Shown piece after piece: positions 53,812 to 54,849 of a stretch of DNA of 54,849 bases. The notes under the pieces were generated by a model that saw only the letters and a list, made by a program, of their open reading frames with translations, was not told where the DNA came from and searched no databases. How positions within the stretch are numbered: the stretch's first letter is position 1; every line of letters starts with the position of its first letter. The stretch is from Gemmatimonadaceae bacterium (GTDB taxonomy: Bacteria > Gemmatimonadota > Gemmatimonadetes > Gemmatimonadales > Gemmatimonadaceae): contig JANRJP010000006.1 in the NCBI GenBank assembly GCA_033763905.1, positions 1-54,849 on the forward strand. The letters are read 5' to 3'. The translations under genes and the position numbers were made by a program.

Positions 53812-54849
53812 TCAGTTGGGGGCGCGCGTACCGGCGCCGCTGTAGGATCGGTTGCCGCCGATCACGGGCCCCTGGATGTCGAAGCCCCAGTTGTTGCGGA
53901 CCTGCGCGATGACCTGCCGAATCGATCCCGGGAATGGTTCGGGACGGGCGTCGCGACCGAAGGGATCGGTGTACCACACCCGCGGGCCGTTGGCGTTGTC
54001 GATGTTGTTGTCGTTGATGTCCACCTGCCGTCGCGCGCCGTTGAACACCGATCGCGGCTCGTTCCACAGCACGCCCAACGTGCGACCGCTGTCGGTGGAC
54101 ACCGCGCACTCACCGCCCTGCGCGCGTTCGCCCGACGGGCCGACGGCGTAACAGAGATCCACCGGTCGCCCCACGCCATCAGGTGCCGCCGGATCGAAGT
54201 AGCGGCTCGGTCGGAACACCTGGAAGTACGGATTGAAGCTCGCCAGAGTGCGGCCGTTCGCGGCGCGAATGCTGTTGGAGGTCTCCCAACTCTCGTGCAG
54301 CGAGCCGAAGTCGCTGCGGGTACCGAGCGGCCGCAGAATGCGGTCCTGGATGCACGAGATGTGCGGAATGCGCCGCTGTCCGCCGCCGGCCGGCGAGTTC
54401 ACCGGGGTCGCCGGCCCCACCACCACGGTGCCGCCGCAGCTGCGCTCGAACTCGCCCGGCCGGCCGATGGCCGAGAGCATCGTGATGTGCATCTCGGTGC
54501 CTTCGTTGCACCGGATATGGTAGTTGAGCTCGTGCAGGTTGTTGGTAAAGGCATCCCGCGAATGCGTGCCTTGGTGAAGCTTCGTCATCACGTCGCAGCG
54601 GACCTGCAGCAACTGGCTCGCCGTGCCGGGAAGCTCGACCAGCAAATCATTCTCCCATTCGATCTTGTGCCCGACGTGATCCTCGTGGCGGTGGATGTTG
54701 AGCCCCGCCTGATCGAGTTGCTCGTTGGCGTAGCCGAAGGGCAGATCCCCGACGCTGGCGTAGAGCCGAGAGCCGTGCGGATCCCGACCGTGCTCGTGCC
54801 CGAAGGAACAGCCCGACACGGGATCCACCGGCGGGTGCCAGGTCGGATA
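53812..54849 (-). CDS. Hypothetical His/Cys-motif protein, 5' end outside window
   Basis: The frame is open to the window edge (YPTWHPPVDP..). Motifs GHEHG, HRHEDHVGHK, KLHQGTHS, NNLHEL and about 8 Cys. Confidence 0.75.
   Translation of the reverse strand, partial: YPTWHPPVDPVSGCSFGHEHGRDPHGSRLYASVGDLPFGYANEQLDQAGLNIHRHEDHVGHKIEWENDLLVELPGTASQLLQVRCDVMTKLHQGTHSRDAFTNNLHELNYHIRCNEGTEMHITMLSAIGRPGEFERSCGGTVVVGPATPVNSPAGGGQRRIPHISCIQDRILRPLGTRSDFGSLHESWETSNSIRAANGRTLASFNPYFQVFRPSRYFDPAAPDGVGRPVDLCYAVGPSGERAQGGECAVSTDSGRTLGVLWNEPRSVFNGARRQVDINDNNIDNANGPRVWYTDPFGRDARPEPFPGSIRQVIAQVRNNWGFDIQGPVIGGNRSYSGAGTRAPN

Noticed and set aside
50526..53912. 1128-aa plus-strand ORF and other long antisense or alternate-frame ORFs (e.g. 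16733-19462, 25975-28329, 14072-16228, 46976-49093)
   Set aside because: These are shadow ORFs expected at this GC content. They are Arg/Ala/Pro-rich, show no motifs and overlap well-supported genes.

Overview
High-GC bacterial chromosomal window, probably Gemmatimonadota. That placement is an inference from the pilin signature IPKFANTKEKAY..MKSDLRNL.TAQE, the gene order and the Gln-starting exported proteins. It is densely coding, with about 46 CDS, and I saw no rRNA, tRNA, CRISPR array or transposase. The left part carries aroC-aroK-smg(short)-topA-trmFO-xerC on the minus strand. These genes lie downstream of a type IVa pilus locus: pilS-pilR-pilA (with a sigma54 promoter and a terminator), a His-less pseudo-kinase, three minor pilins, pilMNOPQ and a 1251-aa Ig-repeat/beta-propeller lipoprotein coupled to pilQ. 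The middle part has a CNNM/CorC transporter, an exported methyltransferase and arfB. It also has a co-oriented run of degenerate ABC exporter, HlyD adaptor, TolC, TMTC-like GT-C glycosyltransferase, diguanylate cyclase and TPR protein. The right part has small or exported proteins, hslR, an AlkP/GT4/deacetylase/GT4/hydrolase cluster, peptidases, two sensor kinases, infA, fatty-acid oxidation genes and two hypotheticals. The best candidates for new biology are (i) strong enrichment of Bacteroidetes-type D-[S/T]-[AILVMT] O-glycosylation sequons in the exported pilus proteins, with a TMTC-like transferase nearby, (ii) a type I secretion module whose only ATPase looks catalytically disabled, (iii) the pilus-locus pseudo-kinase and (iv) the giant pilQ-coupled lipoprotein. 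All calls come from motif reading by eye; no database searches were run, and several start codons are my reassignments.
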